DNA of 64,000 bases from an uncultured Muribaculaceae bacterium (GCA_964587565.1 CAZPLK010000001.1:120088-184087); one strand, 5' to 3'; shown: positions 19,422 through 29,959, numbered from the stretch's first letter. The notes: a model not told the origin generated them from the sequence alone. A program made the numbers and translations.

Positions 19422-19690
19422 TTGGAATATTGATAATGACTGTTTCCGCCTTTATTTTAGGTGTAATACTACTAGTAATAGAAACAAAAATAGGGGGTGG
19501 AGATGATTTAGAAAAAGAATTTGAAAAACTATTACCTAATTATAATTGTGGTGTTTGTGGTTATAATACTTGTTTAGGAATGAGTAAAGCGATGGTTGAA
19601 GATCCAATTAATTACAAAAAATGTAAACCACTTCGCGGTGAGAAATTAAAAGAAATGGAAGCATATTTAAAAATAAATAAATTAATATAA
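19418..19690 (+). CDS. rnfB: Truncated RnfB-like subunit (TM helix plus N-terminal Fe-S domain only)
   Basis: TM helix, then LPNYNCGVCGYNTCLGMSKAM...C, the RnfB N-terminal Fe-S motif. Only 90 aa, with no CxxCxxCxxxCP ferredoxin repeats. Confidence 0.7.
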   Translation: MIGILIMTVSAFILGVILLVIETKIGGGDDLEKEFEKLLPNYNCGVCGYNTCLGMSKAMVEDPINYKKCKPLRGEKLKEMEAYLKINKLI

Positions 19691-19705
19691 TTAGAAGGAG
19701 CTAAT

Positions 19706-20401
19706 ATGAAAAAGATAAAATATTTGATTACAGTATTATGTTTATCAGTAGTACTTACAGGTTGCTTAGGAGTAGATGTTGATATAACTGTTAAGAATGA
19801 TGATACAGGGAAGATTACTTTTAAAACTGGTTATGAAGAATCGTATTTAAAAGAATTAGACGAAAAAAAAGACGACGTTAAACTGGATATTAATAGTGAT
19901 ATGGAATTAGATATACCGTATGAAGATGCTGTTGCAAAGGATGTTACTTTTACCAAAGGAGATAACAACTATATTGGGAAAGAAGTAACAGTTGAATTTA
20001 ATTCTTTAGAACAATTAACTGAAAGATTCAATGAATTGTTTGAGTCTGAAGAAGAAAATAAAATGAAAAATACAACTTTTACACGAGAAGGAAATAAAGT
20101 AATTGTACATCAAGAAGCAAATGAAGAGTATTATGAAGAAAGTAAAATGATGTTTAACTATGTAGATTACACAATTAAATTTAATATAGATGGCAAAATA
20201 TTAAGTAATAATGCCGATAAATTTAATGAAGATGATAATACATTAGAATGGGATATTAAAACAGTATTGAAAAATGGTATACAATTTGAATACACTACAA
20301 GTAAAAGCAATATAATTAAACCAATATATATTATTGGAGCAGTAACACTTATTGTAGCAATTGGTGTTCCGATTGTAATTTTCAAACGAAAAGATGATTA
20401 A
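19706..20401 (+). CDS. Lipoprotein of unknown function with a C-terminal TM anchor
   Basis: Lipobox VLTGC after a hydrophobic signal, an acidic body, and a C-terminal helix (IIGAVTLIVAIGVPIVIF). Confidence 0.6.
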   Translation: MKKIKYLITVLCLSVVLTGCLGVDVDITVKNDDTGKITFKTGYEESYLKELDEKKDDVKLDINSDMELDIPYEDAVAKDVTFTKGDNNYIGKEVTVEFNSLEQLTERFNELFESEEENKMKNTTFTREGNKVIVHQEANEEYYEESKMMFNYVDYTIKFNIDGKILSNNADKFNEDDNTLEWDIKTVLKNGIQFEYTTSKSNIIKPIYIIGAVTLIVAIGVPIVIFKRKDD

Positions 20402-20439
20402 ATTTGATATTTATACAAAATTTGTTATAATAATATTAT

Positions 20440-20636
20440 AAAAAAAACAATGACGAAGAAATAGTAATAAATGTAATTATTTAAAGAGAGCTAGTGGCTG
20501 GTGTAAACTAGTAATAATTGTTTTATGAATTCACCTTCTAGTTTTTTCGGTAACGCGTTATAGTTTTGAGAGCATAAACACATGAATTAAGGTGGTACCG
20601 CGAGCATTCGTCCTTAAATATTAAGGACTTTTTTTA
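20440..20636 (+). promoter_or_regulatory. T-box leader (Phe specifier) controlling pheST
   Basis: Lies downstream of TGtTATAAT (20423-20431). AGAGAG bulge, GGUGUAA distal loop, UUC-A specifier (20530-20533), T-box AATTAAGGTGGTACCGCG (20586-20603). Terminator GTCCTTAA/TTAAGGAC plus T7 (20610-20635). Confidence 0.9.
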
Positions 20637-20649
20637 TTGGAGGGATATA

Positions 20650-21711
20650 ATGGAAGAAAATGTAAAATTGTTAAAAGACGAAATAAAAGATGAAATAAAA
20701 GAAGTTAAAAACATAAAACAATTAAATGATTTAAGAGTAAGATTTTTGGGTAAAAAAGGTAAAATTCATGAGTTAGGTAATTTAATGAAAACAATTGAAA
20801 AAGAGAAAAAACGGGATGCGGGAATTTTATTAAATAAATGTAGAAATTATATTGAAACTATAATTTCTGAAAAACAAGAAAATTTAGAAAATCAATTAAT
20901 GATACAAAAATTAAATGAAGAGTGGATTGATATTACACTACCAAGTACAAAAATAAAAGTTGGTACAATCCACCCTTTAACAAAAATAGTTGATGAAATA
21001 GAAGAATTGTTTGTAAGTATGGGCTATGATGTTGTAGAGGGTCCAGAAATTGAAAGTGATTTATATAATTTTGAAAAACTAAATTTGCCCAAAGACCATC
21101 CAGCGCGTGATATGCAAGATAGTTTTTATATAACAAAAGAAATGTTATTAAGAACTCAAACATCACCAGTTCAAGCTAGAGTAATGGATTCAAATATAGA
21201 AAAAGGTCCAATTAGAATAATTTGCCCAGGGAAAGTATATAGAAAAGATGAGGACGACATGACACACTCTCATCAATTTACTCAAATAGAAGGTTTAGTA
21301 ATAGATGAAGGAATAAGTGTCGCACATTTAAAAGGTACTTTAGAAATACTTGTTAAAAAAATGTTTGGTAATAATTTGGAAATAAGATATAGACCAAGTT
21401 ATTTCCCATTTACTGAACCTAGTTTAGAAGTTGATGTCTCATGTTTTAAATGTAATGGCAAAGGCTGTTCAATATGTAAAAGAACTGGTTGGATTGAAAT
21501 TCTCGGTTCTGGTATGGTACATCCAAATGTATTAAGAGCATGTGGTTATGATCCTAACAAATACAGTGGCTTTGCATTTGGAATGGGACCAGAGCGAATT
21601 GCAATGCTTAAATATGGAGTTAATGACATAAGGCATTTTTATACAAATCATATAGATTTCTTAAACAATTTTGATAAACTTGAAAAGGAGGATATGAATG
21701 AAACTAAGTAA
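20650..21711 (+). CDS. pheS: Phenylalanine-tRNA ligase alpha subunit
   Basis: [11 protein letters not shown], class II motifs (FRxD-like [21 protein letters not shown]), and operon context with pheT. Confidence 0.95.
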   Translation: MEENVKLLKDEIKDEIKEVKNIKQLNDLRVRFLGKKGKIHELGNLMKTIEKEKKRDAGILLNKCRNYIETIISEKQENLENQLMIQKLNEEWIDITLPSTKIKVGTIHPLTKIVDEIEELFVSMGYDVVEGPEIESDLYNFEKLNLPKDHPARDMQDSFYITKEMLLRTQTSPVQARVMDSNIEKGPIRIICPGKVYRKDEDDMTHSHQFTQIEGLVIDEGISVAHLKGTLEILVKKMFGNNLEIRYRPSYFPFTEPSLEVDVSCFKCNGKGCSICKRTGWIEILGSGMVHPNVLRACGYDPNKYSGFAFGMGPERIAMLKYGVNDIRHFYTNHIDFLNNFDKLEKEDMNETK

Positions 21712-24085
21712 AAACTTTTTAAATGATTATATTGACATTAATGATAAGGATTTTAAAGAGGTAGCTGAAAAAATGTTATTCATGGGTAATGAATATGATT
21801 TTATTAAACCCATCAGTACTGCCACGAATTTAGTAATTGGTAAAGTTTTAACAAGGGTAGATCATCCTAACTCAAATAAACTAAATATTTGTGAAGTAGA
21901 TATCGGTGATAATAAAACACATCAAATTGTTTGTGGTGCAAATAATGTAGATGCTGGACAAAACGTAATTGTTGCGAAGGTCGGTGCTACATTACCTGGT
22001 GATTTAACAATTAAAAAAACTAATATTAGAGGAGAAGAATCAAATGGAATGATATGTTCATTATCTGAATTAGGAATTGATAATAAGTTTCTAACTAAAG
22101 AAGATATTGAAGGAATTCATATATTAGATCCTAATGCACCACTTGGGAAAGATGCAATTAAATATTTAGGCTATGACGATGAAGTAATTCATTTTGATTT
22201 AACTACTAATAGAAGCGATTTATTAAGTATGATTGGCATGGCTTATGAAGTTGGTGCTATATATGATTTAGATGTAAATTATCCTAAAACATCATATAAA
22301 GAAATAAATAAAAATGTTGAAGATAATTTTGAATTAACAATAAAAACAAATAATTGTGAAAAATTTTTAATAAAAAAGGCTTCTAATATTCAAATAAAAG
22401 AGAGTCCACAATTTATTAAAAATAGATTAATAGCAAATGGCATTAGGCCCATAAATAACATTGTTGATATTAGCAACTATGTAATGTTGGAAACAGGTCA
22501 ACCACTTCATTTTTATGATGCTAATAAACTAGGAAATAAAATTTTAGTAAGAATGGCTAATGAAAATGAAAAAATTATTACTCTAGATAAAAAGGAAAGA
22601 AACTTAACAAATAATGATATAGTTATTACAAATGGAAAAAATGTAGTAGGAATTGCAGGAGTAATGGGTGGGTTTGATACAGAGGTATCAAAAGAAACAA
22701 CTGATATCATTATTGAATCAGCAATATTTAACCCTGTAAACATAAGAAATACTGCTAAAAAAGCGGTGAGAAGTGAAGCGAGTACACGTTTTGAAAAGGG
22801 AATTAATAAAGAAATGACTGAGTTTGCTCTTAAACGTGCATGCTATTTACTAGAAAAATATGCAAATGCAAACATTTGGGGTGGAATTGTATCACATGAT
22901 AAAACCACTAATAAAACAATTGAAATTGAAGTAGCATTAAATCACATTAATAAAATTTTAGGTACTAAACTATCAAATGACGAAGTAAAGAATGTATTTA
23001 ATAAATTAAAATTCAATTATTATATGGAAAATGATATATACTACGTTACTATACCTTCAAGGAGATTGGATTTAAACATAGCTGAAGATTTAATAGAAGA
23101 AGTAGGTAGAGTAATTGGTTTTAATAATATAGAAGGTATTCTTCCAAAATTAACTGTTAAAAAAGGTTCGTATTCTAACAAAATATTATATTTAAAAAAT
23201 GTGAGAAAGAGATTAGAATCCTTAGGATTACAACAAGTTATTACTTATTCATTAGTTAGTAAAGAAATGAATAAAATGTTTGTTAATCATAAGTTTGAAC
23301 AAGTTAAGTTAAAAGAACCGATTAGTGTCGATAAATCAATTATGAGAACTTCTTTAATACCATCACTTTTAAATGTGTTCAACTATAATAATGCCAGAAA
23401 TATTGAAAATATAAATATATTTGAAATAGGTTCAATATATTATAAAGAAAATGATAAATATATTGAAAAAAGTATGTTAGCTGGTTTATTAAGTGGAACT
23501 TACATAACAAATGATTGGCAAAAAAAACACTTAAAGGTTGATTTTTATTTAGCAAAAGGCATAATTGAAAATATATTACAATATTTAGGACTAACAAATA
23601 GGTATAGTTTTGTAGCCAAACAACTAAATGATATGCATCCAAATAGATGTGCAGTTATAAAGGTTGGAATGGATGAAGTAGGATATATAGGTGAAGTTCA
23701 TCCGGGTATTTCTAATAAAAGAATATATATTTTCGAGTTAAATTTAGATAAACTTATATGCTTAAAAACTAGAAATATTAAATTTAAGGAAATTTCTAAG
23801 TATCCTACTATTACCAAAGATGTTGCATTTGTTGTAAATAAACAAACTATATCAGATGATATTGTTAAGGTAATAAGGAAATCAGGTGGCCGTTTATTAA
23901 CGAACATCGATGTGTTTGATGTTTATGAAGGTACAAATATTGAAAATAATAAAAAATCAATTGCATACACTTTACAATTTAGCGACATGAATAGAACTTT
24001 AATTGATGAAGAAGTTAATATTATTTTTGAAAAAATAATTAAAGATGTAGAAAATAAAATAGGGGCGAAACTAAGAGATAGATAA
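21698..24085 (+). CDS. pheT: Phenylalanine-tRNA ligase beta subunit
   Basis: 795 aa. N-terminal tRNA-binding OB domain ([15 protein letters not shown]), B3/4 and B5 regions, and a C-terminal FDX-ACB-like domain. Confidence 0.95.
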   Translation: MKLSKNFLNDYIDINDKDFKEVAEKMLFMGNEYDFIKPISTATNLVIGKVLTRVDHPNSNKLNICEVDIGDNKTHQIVCGANNVDAGQNVIVAKVGATLPGDLTIKKTNIRGEESNGMICSLSELGIDNKFLTKEDIEGIHILDPNAPLGKDAIKYLGYDDEVIHFDLTTNRSDLLSMIGMAYEVGAIYDLDVNYPKTSYKEINKNVEDNFELTIKTNNCEKFLIKKASNIQIKESPQFIKNRLIANGIRPINNIVDISNYVMLETGQPLHFYDANKLGNKILVRMANENEKIITLDKKERNLTNNDIVITNGKNVVGIAGVMGGFDTEVSKETTDIIIESAIFNPVNIRNTAKKAVRSEASTRFEKGINKEMTEFALKRACYLLEKYANANIWGGIVSHDKTTNKTIEIEVALNHINKILGTKLSNDEVKNVFNKLKFNYYMENDIYYVTIPSRRLDLNIAEDLIEEVGRVIGFNNIEGILPKLTVKKGSYSNKILYLKNVRKRLESLGLQQVITYSLVSKEMNKMFVNHKFEQVKLKEPISVDKSIMRTSLIPSLLNVFNYNNARNIENINIFEIGSIYYKENDKYIEKSMLAGLLSGTYITNDWQKKHLKVDFYLAKGIIENILQYLGLTNRYSFVAKQLNDMHPNRCAVIKVGMDEVGYIGEVHPGISNKRIYIFELNLDKLICLKTRNIKFKEISKYPTITKDVAFVVNKQTISDDIVKVIRKSGGRLLTNIDVFDVYEGTNIENNKKSIAYTLQFSDMNRTLIDEEVNIIFEKIIKDVENKIGAKLRDR

Positions 24086-24105
24086 GTCAGTATCTATCTT
24101 TTTTA
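24076..24105 (+). terminator. Rho-independent terminator after pheT
   Basis: AGATAGATA-agtcag-TATCTATCT followed by a T run. Overlaps the pheT stop. Confidence 0.7.
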
Positions 24106-24140
24106 GTACTGTGTGTTATAATATAAATAACGGTGGTATT

Positions 24141-25010
24141 ATGAAATTAATTAAAACAACATTTACTTTTCTTTTTTTCTTTTTATTATTAATTTTAATT
24201 ATTAGTAACCGATTATTGACAATTAATAAATATGTGATAGAGTATAATAACTTACCAGCCAATTTTGATGGATATAAAATTGTTCACTTGTCTGATTTGC
24301 ATAGTAAAACATTTGGCAAAAACAATAAAAAATTATTAAAAAAAATTAATAAAATAAACCCCAATATTATAGTTATGACTGGTGATATGGTTAATACAAC
24401 AGATGAAAACTTCAATGTGTTTATTAATTTATCAAACGCATTAGCGCATAATTATGATGTTTATTATATTGTTGGTAATCATGAACAAAATTTAAAAATA
24501 AAAGAATTAAAAAAATTATATAAAAATTTAAAAAATGTTGGAATTAACGTTTTAGATAATGAAAAATTAATACTAAAACAAGGAACAGATACAATAAATA
24601 TTTATGGTCTTTGGTTTAATCTCCGCTATTATAGCGATCAAACAAATGAAGCAATTAAAAATAACCCACAAGATTATTATTTTTCAAAAAATATAATGGA
24701 TAAAATTATTACAAAAGAAGATGGGAGTTTCACTGTATTATTGACACACAATCCCATGTATTTTAACACTTATATTGAGTGGGGTGCTGATTTAATACTT
24801 ACTGGCCATGTTCATGGTGGAATGATTAGGATACCTTTTGTTGGGGGAATATTTTCACCAGAAAAAACATATTTTCCGGAATATGATTCTGGTATATATA
24901 TAAAAAACAATCAAAAAATGATAATTAGTAGAGGGTTAGGGAATGGTAATGATGGAATCCGTTTTTGGAATGCCCCTGAAATTATTTCAATTGAACTTAA
25001 AAGACAGTAA
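24141..25010 (+). CDS. Membrane-anchored metallophosphoesterase (YkuE-like)
   Basis: ATG 24141 follows a GGTGG SD; the track start lies inside a TGtTATAAT promoter. Motifs HLSDLH, GDMV, GNHE and GHVHGG. Confidence 0.75.
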   Translation: MKLIKTTFTFLFFFLLLILIISNRLLTINKYVIEYNNLPANFDGYKIVHLSDLHSKTFGKNNKKLLKKINKINPNIIVMTGDMVNTTDENFNVFINLSNALAHNYDVYYIVGNHEQNLKIKELKKLYKNLKNVGINVLDNEKLILKQGTDTINIYGLWFNLRYYSDQTNEAIKNNPQDYYFSKNIMDKIITKEDGSFTVLLTHNPMYFNTYIEWGADLILTGHVHGGMIRIPFVGGIFSPEKTYFPEYDSGIYIKNNQKMIISRGLGNGNDGIRFWNAPEIISIELKRQ

Positions 25011-25019
25011 GGAGGTAAC

Positions 25020-25424
25020 ATGGCTTTTAATCCAAGTAAATATAATAAAGGTGAAATTAAACACGAAAACTGTGAACATGAAATATTGTTAGGTAATGGA
25101 ATTGAAAAAGGAACTAATGGTTTTACTTTTGAGTGTATCATTTGTGGGGACAAATTAAAGTATTTTAATTTAGATGATAACTTGTATTCAAAATTTGTAA
25201 AGTATGACTATAATATCATTACCCCCAATATTAAAGGTGTTATGAAAAATGTATTAAACATAATATCATTAAATAATGATAATAAAAACTATATTGATAT
25301 AATTCAAATTTTCACTAAATTAGAACCTTATATTGATAAGTGTGTTGAAAGAAATCTTGCAAATTTTGTTGATGTTAATTTTCAACCTAAAGTATTAAAA
25401 TTTACACAAAAAAGGATCAACTAA
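25020..25424 (+). CDS. Hypothetical protein, 134 aa
   Basis: GGAGG SD upstream. CEHE...CIICGD may form a small zinc-binding motif. No family recognised. Confidence 0.4.
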   Translation: MAFNPSKYNKGEIKHENCEHEILLGNGIEKGTNGFTFECIICGDKLKYFNLDDNLYSKFVKYDYNIITPNIKGVMKNVLNIISLNNDNKNYIDIIQIFTKLEPYIDKCVERNLANFVDVNFQPKVLKFTQKRIN

Positions 25425-25438
25425 TATGTTGATCCTTT
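25411..25438. terminator. Bidirectional terminator between convergent genes
   Basis: AAAGGATCAAC-taatat-GTTGATCCTTT perfect 11-bp hairpin flanked by A and T runs. Overlaps both stop codons. Confidence 0.7.
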
Positions 25439-26163
25439 TAAACTGAAATGTTTTCAAATCTTTTTTCAATAAAATTTTTATGAGCTTTTGTTTCCAAGAC
25501 TAAATCCATTTTTTCTAAATCAATTTTTTTGTTTTTGCCCTCTATTAATTGTTTTACAATAAATTTTAAAAAATGAGGATTTCTAGCCAACAATGGTCCT
25601 AATAAATATGTACCATAAAAACCTTTATAATTAAAGCCTTCTATTTTACTATTCGGATAGCTACCGACTCCATTAATTACTTCAAAAAATGGTTGTTTAA
25701 TATTTGATATTACTCCATATTGATTTTGAAAGCCAATAAAAGGCTCTTCAAACATATTAGATTTAAAAAATGCATCATCAACCATACGAAAATCTTCTAC
25801 TCTTGTATGATATTGAAATATATTCAATGTTTTCCATTTCTTTTTGTTGTGATCAAGTATGTGTTTACCAAAAAGTTCAATTGAGTTACCTGTTGCTAAA
25901 AATAAATTATTATTTTCTATATAGTTTTTAATATCATCTCTATACTTTAATAAATGTTTAAGAGCGATTTTTTGATTGTTTTCAGTTCCGGCACCAATAT
26001 AGACAAAGTCATATTTATCAAATTCTAAATTATCATCTACTGTTAAAAACTTTATTGTTACATCAATATCTTGATTTTCTAATTGTTTTTTTAACACTTT
26101 TACATTTCCATTTTCACCATATAAATTTAATAAATCATAATATAAATACGCTATTGTCATCAT
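25438..26163 (-). CDS. gatD: Lipid II isoglutaminyl synthase, glutaminase subunit GatD (CobQ-type amidotransferase)
   Basis: 241 aa with the LYGENGN N-terminus typical of GatD. Immediately downstream of murT. Confidence 0.8.
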   Translation of the reverse strand: MMTIAYLYYDLLNLYGENGNVKVLKKQLENQDIDVTIKFLTVDDNLEFDKYDFVYIGAGTENNQKIALKHLLKYRDDIKNYIENNNLFLATGNSIELFGKHILDHNKKKWKTLNIFQYHTRVEDFRMVDDAFFKSNMFEEPFIGFQNQYGVISNIKQPFFEVINGVGSYPNSKIEGFNYKGFYGTYLLGPLLARNPHFLKFIVKQLIEGKNKKIDLEKMDLVLETKAHKNFIEKRFENISV

Positions 26164-27483
26164 TTATTTATCCTCCTTTAATAATTTTTTTAAAGTAGTT
26201 TCCATTTCAAAACAAATTACACAATAAATGATATTTTGACCATGTTCTTTAATAGTGTTTAATAATTCATTAGAATTTTCACAAATAATTAATTTATCTT
26301 CTTTTATATTAGCATATTTTAATCTTGTAGCAATATCATAAGCAAAATTACCGGCACAAATAATCTTATTAATAGTGTTATCATTTAACTTTTCAAAATT
26401 AATATCCCAAAGCCAAGAAAGATCTTGTAAATCATATCTTCTGCTAACATTATTAAAACCAATTATTATTGTCTTTTCATTTTTTTGATTTTTAATGTAA
26501 TTTAATGACTGATTATAAGAAACAGAATTTTCATTTTTACTAAGTAATAAAACACATTCCGTGTCCCCTATTTGTAATGTTTCTAATCTTTTATAATTTA
26601 ACGTTAAATTGTTTAAAGCATGAAAAACTTTATCTTCCGGCAGGCCATCTTTAACAGCCAAAGTAAAGCATGCTAATAAATTATAAACATTATATAAAGT
26701 TGAATGTTCCATAGTTATTAAATCATTGCCAATTTTAAAAGAAAAATCATCAATCATATTAGCTGAAAAATCCGGTTTAACTCTTTTAAAACTACAACTA
26801 GAACATTTGAAAGATCCCACATTTCCAAAATGAAAATAATCAAAAATTAATTTCTTATTACATTTGGGACAGTAAGCCATATCAAGATTAAAAGAATTGA
26901 TTTCAGTTGTTGAATAATTTGTTTTATTTAAACCATAATATGATTTTTCCCCTTTATGGTTTAATCCAAATTTGGTAACTAGTGGGTCGTCACTATTTAA
27001 GATTAAATGCATATCATTAGTAATTTGTTTTTGAATATCATTAAATACTATATCAACGTGTCCATTTCTTGTAGGTTGGTCTCGTGATAAACTATTTATT
27101 ATTAAATAATTCGGTTTAATATCGTTAATAACCTTTTTAATATATCTTTCGTCAACTTCTAAAATTAAAACATTAGATTGAATTTCCCCTTTTAAATTAC
27201 TATTGTTAATCAAACAAGTTAAAATTCCATACTCTAAATTTGAACCTTCTTTGTTTGTTGCTACTAAGAAACCGTTTTGTTCATATACACTTGTAAGAAT
27301 TCCAGTAATGGAAGTTTTCCCATTTGTTCCAGTTACAAAAATTACTTTTGATGGTAATTTAAAATAGGACTTTATATTCTTATTTAACATAAGTGCTATT
27401 TCCCCTGGAAAAGCAGAACCTCTACCAAATTTATTCAATATTTTACCAATTATTTTTGTTATAAAAATTATTAAGGAATTCAT
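26164..27483 (-). CDS. murT: Lipid II isoglutaminyl synthase, Mur-ligase-like subunit MurT
   Basis: Likely start is MNSLIIF at 27483, after an AGGTGA SD. GTNGKTS P-loop, Cys4 ribbon (CPKC...CSSC), and a DUF1727-like C-terminus. Confidence 0.85.
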   Translation of the reverse strand: MNSLIIFITKIIGKILNKFGRGSAFPGEIALMLNKNIKSYFKLPSKVIFVTGTNGKTSITGILTSVYEQNGFLVATNKEGSNLEYGILTCLINNSNLKGEIQSNVLILEVDERYIKKVINDIKPNYLIINSLSRDQPTRNGHVDIVFNDIQKQITNDMHLILNSDDPLVTKFGLNHKGEKSYYGLNKTNYSTTEINSFNLDMAYCPKCNKKLIFDYFHFGNVGSFKCSSCSFKRVKPDFSANMIDDFSFKIGNDLITMEHSTLYNVYNLLACFTLAVKDGLPEDKVFHALNNLTLNYKRLETLQIGDTECVLLLSKNENSVSYNQSLNYIKNQKNEKTIIIGFNNVSRRYDLQDLSWLWDINFEKLNDNTINKIICAGNFAYDIATRLKYANIKEDKLIICENSNELLNTIKEHGQNIIYCVICFEMETTLKKLLKEDK

Positions 27484-27523
27484 AATATCACCTAATAAAA
27501 GTATAACATAATTTTGTGTATAA

Positions 27524-27599
27524 TTCGACAATTTTAAAAACAAAAATGTTTTTCTACTTTTGTCGAAAGCATATAAATAAAGTTAATATATGTTATATT
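27524..27599 (+). promoter_or_regulatory. Two candidate Spo0A boxes and a promoter upstream of a STAS-like gene
   Basis: TTCGACA (27524-27530, inverted) and TGTCGAA (27561-27567) match the 0A-box TGNCGAA. TGtTATATT extended -10 at 27591-27599. Confidence 0.4.
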
Positions 27600-27614
27600 G
27601 GAAGCGGTGATAAC

Positions 27615-27854
27615 ATGTTTAAAACAGAACTTGAATTTTCTAAAAATACATTGTATGTAAATGTATTTGGCGATTTAAATCATAACAATTTAATAAAGTT
27701 AAGAAGAAAGTTATACTATATTATTGATGAGTATAATATTTTTGATATAGTGATTAATATTAAAAATAGTGAGTACTTCGATCAAGAAGCATTCTATAAT
27801 TTTTTAGACGAATATGATATAAGATATGGCGGCAATTTATTAGTGATTGAATAA
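27615..27854 (+). CDS. Small STAS-like (anti-sigma-factor-antagonist-like) protein
   Basis: 79 aa from ATG 27615. The spacing of LYVNVFGDLNHNNLIKLRRKL...IVINIKNSEYFDQEAF mirrors the SpoIIAA beta-alpha pattern. Shorter than canonical STAS. Confidence 0.3.
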   Translation: MFKTELEFSKNTLYVNVFGDLNHNNLIKLRRKLYYIIDEYNIFDIVINIKNSEYFDQEAFYNFLDEYDIRYGGNLLVIE

Positions 27855-27913
27855 ATCAAAATGATAACTCATAAAAGGGTTATCTTTTTAATAATATTAA
27901 AAGAGGTGATAGT

Positions 27914-28153
27914 ATGAAAATGATCGATAAAATGAGAACATATTTATTAGAAGAAGAATTTTGCATAAATATTTATAAAAACAAAATTAATATTATTAAT
28001 TATGAAAACATTGATCATTTTGATATTAATACTGTAATTATTAGATATAAGGAAGGTACAATAAAAATTAGCGGTAATAATTTAGTTGCATCAAAATTAT
28101 TAAATGATGAAATTTTAATAGTAGGAGACATTAAAAATATAGAATTGAGGTAA
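27914..28153 (+). CDS. yqfC: Sporulation protein YqfC
   Basis: 79 aa with the conserved ...IKISGNNLVASKLLNDEILIVGDIKNIEL C-terminus. Followed by yqfD. Confidence 0.8.
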   Translation: MKMIDKMRTYLLEEEFCINIYKNKINIINYENIDHFDINTVIIRYKEGTIKISGNNLVASKLLNDEILIVGDIKNIELR

Positions 28154-28158
28154 TTTAT

Positions 28159-29340
28159 TTGAAAAATCAATTTATATTATTGTTTGAAAAAAAACTTGAT
28201 TTAAAAATTGAAGGGAAAAACATTAATCGTTTTCTTAAGAGGTTAGTAGTTAATGAAATAAACGTATATAACATTAAATATATAAATGATAATGAAGCAA
28301 TTATTAAAGTCAGGGCTATTGATTATAGTAAAATAAAGGAAATAAAAACGATTTATAATATATATATAATAGAGGTACGTGGCATATTAAAAATTAAAAA
28401 AATTATAAAAAAAAATATAGTTCTATTTTCTGCTTTTCTTATAGGAATTTCATTTTTAATTATTTTATCAAAAGTTATTTTTAATATAGAAATAATCCAC
28501 ACTAATAAAGAATTGCGCGAATTATTATTAATGGAATTAAAAGAGGACGGTATATATAAATATAAATTACAAAAAAATTATGACCAATTACAAATTATAA
28601 AATCGAGAATATTAAATTTGTACAAAGATCAAATTGAATGGCTTGAAATAGAAAAAAGAGGTACTAAATATTTAGTACGAGTTGAGGAAAGAAAATTACA
28701 ACAACCTAAACTTAAAGTTGAAAATAGACATGTAGTAGCTAAAAAAAGTGCTGTAATTAAAAAAATTGAAGCTGAATCTGGTGAAGTTATAAGAGAAATA
28801 AATGAATTTGTAAAAAAAGGAGATATAATTATATCGGGAGAAATTAAACTACATGATGAAGTAAAAGATAAAATAGGGGCAGTAGGAAAAGTATACGGTG
28901 AAGTATGGTATCAAACGAAAGTATCATACCCACTTACAAGGAGAGTGGAACGTAAATTAAATAAACTAAAAAGGGTAATCGTAATTAATTTTTTAAATTT
29001 GAATTTTGAAATTTTAAATAATAAAACTAATGCAAAAAAACATGTAAAACGTTATAATATTTTTAAACATCCATTGTTACCGATGAACGTATATTATGAA
29101 AAACAAAATGAAGTGGAAATAATTGAAGAAATCAATACAATAGATGAAGCGATTGTTAAAGCAATAAATAAAGGAACTGAAAAAATGAATGAACGTTTAA
29201 ATGACGATGAATATATTATAACTCAAAGTAATTTGAAAGTTGACATAAAAAGTAGTAAAATAGAACTAGATGTATTTTATGTAGTTTATGAAAATATAAC
29301 AGACTATGCTGAAATTATAGAACAAGAAGAAGTAGAATAG
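28159..29340 (+). CDS. yqfD: Sporulation protein YqfD
   Basis: TTG start after a GAGGTAA SD. 393 aa with a single central TM helix. Synteny with yqfC. Confidence 0.75.
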   Translation: MKNQFILLFEKKLDLKIEGKNINRFLKRLVVNEINVYNIKYINDNEAIIKVRAIDYSKIKEIKTIYNIYIIEVRGILKIKKIIKKNIVLFSAFLIGISFLIILSKVIFNIEIIHTNKELRELLLMELKEDGIYKYKLQKNYDQLQIIKSRILNLYKDQIEWLEIEKRGTKYLVRVEERKLQQPKLKVENRHVVAKKSAVIKKIEAESGEVIREINEFVKKGDIIISGEIKLHDEVKDKIGAVGKVYGEVWYQTKVSYPLTRRVERKLNKLKRVIVINFLNLNFEILNNKTNAKKHVKRYNIFKHPLLPMNVYYEKQNEVEIIEEINTIDEAIVKAINKGTEKMNERLNDDEYIITQSNLKVDIKSSKIELDVFYVVYENITDYAEIIEQEEVE

Positions 29341-29349
29341 AGGTAAATT

Positions 29350-29946
29350 ATGGAAAAAGCAATATTTATAAATTTATTTTCAAAAGTATGGCCTATGATA
29401 TTAATCTTTTCTGTTGTACTTGTATCCCTAAGATTAACTTATATATTAAAGCATAAAAAAAAGCTAATATTATACCAAGAACTATTTTATTTAGCATTTT
29501 TAATTTACATAATGCTTTTATTTCATATAGTCACCTTTAAAGATGTACCTTGGTCAACATCTAATTTTACACCATTTAAAGAAATTTTTAGGCACTCTTT
29601 TGGTAGTAAAGCATTTTATAGAAACGTTATAGGCAACATGGTTATGTTTATGCCATATGGTTTTTTTGTTTCATATTTTTTAAATTTAAGAAAACCTTAT
29701 ATTGTATTGTTTTTATCTTTAATTGTTTCTATTACAATTGAAACAACACAAATGATTATTGGACGAGTTTTTGATGTGGATGATATATTTTTAAATGTAA
29801 TAGGAGCACTATTTGGTTACTATATATATAAGAACTTTATGTATATAGTAAATAGACTTCCCCAATTCTTGAAAAAAGATTATATTTATAATATAATAAT
29901 CATATTGATAATTTTATTAGTTATGATCACATTTATAATAATATAG
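29350..29946 (+). CDS. VanZ-family membrane protein
   Basis: Four to five TM helices. NVIGNMVMFMPYGFF and ETTQMIIGRVFDVDDIFLNVIGALFG match VanZ-like motifs. Confidence 0.7.
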   Translation: MEKAIFINLFSKVWPMILIFSVVLVSLRLTYILKHKKKLILYQELFYLAFLIYIMLLFHIVTFKDVPWSTSNFTPFKEIFRHSFGSKAFYRNVIGNMVMFMPYGFFVSYFLNLRKPYIVLFLSLIVSITIETTQMIIGRVFDVDDIFLNVIGALFGYYIYKNFMYIVNRLPQFLKKDYIYNIIIILIILLVMITFIII

Positions 29947-29959
29947 TAAGGGTGAAAAC

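Noticed and set aside
20549-20571. Identical 23-nt segment CGGTAACGCGTTATAGTTTTGAG shared by the pheS (20549-20571) and ileS (38262-38284) leaders; considered as a possible dispersed repeat or mobile element.
   Set aside because: It sits at the same relative position in both T-box leaders (F-box / Stem III region), just upstream of the T-box sequence. It is a conserved riboswitch element, not a mobile repeat.
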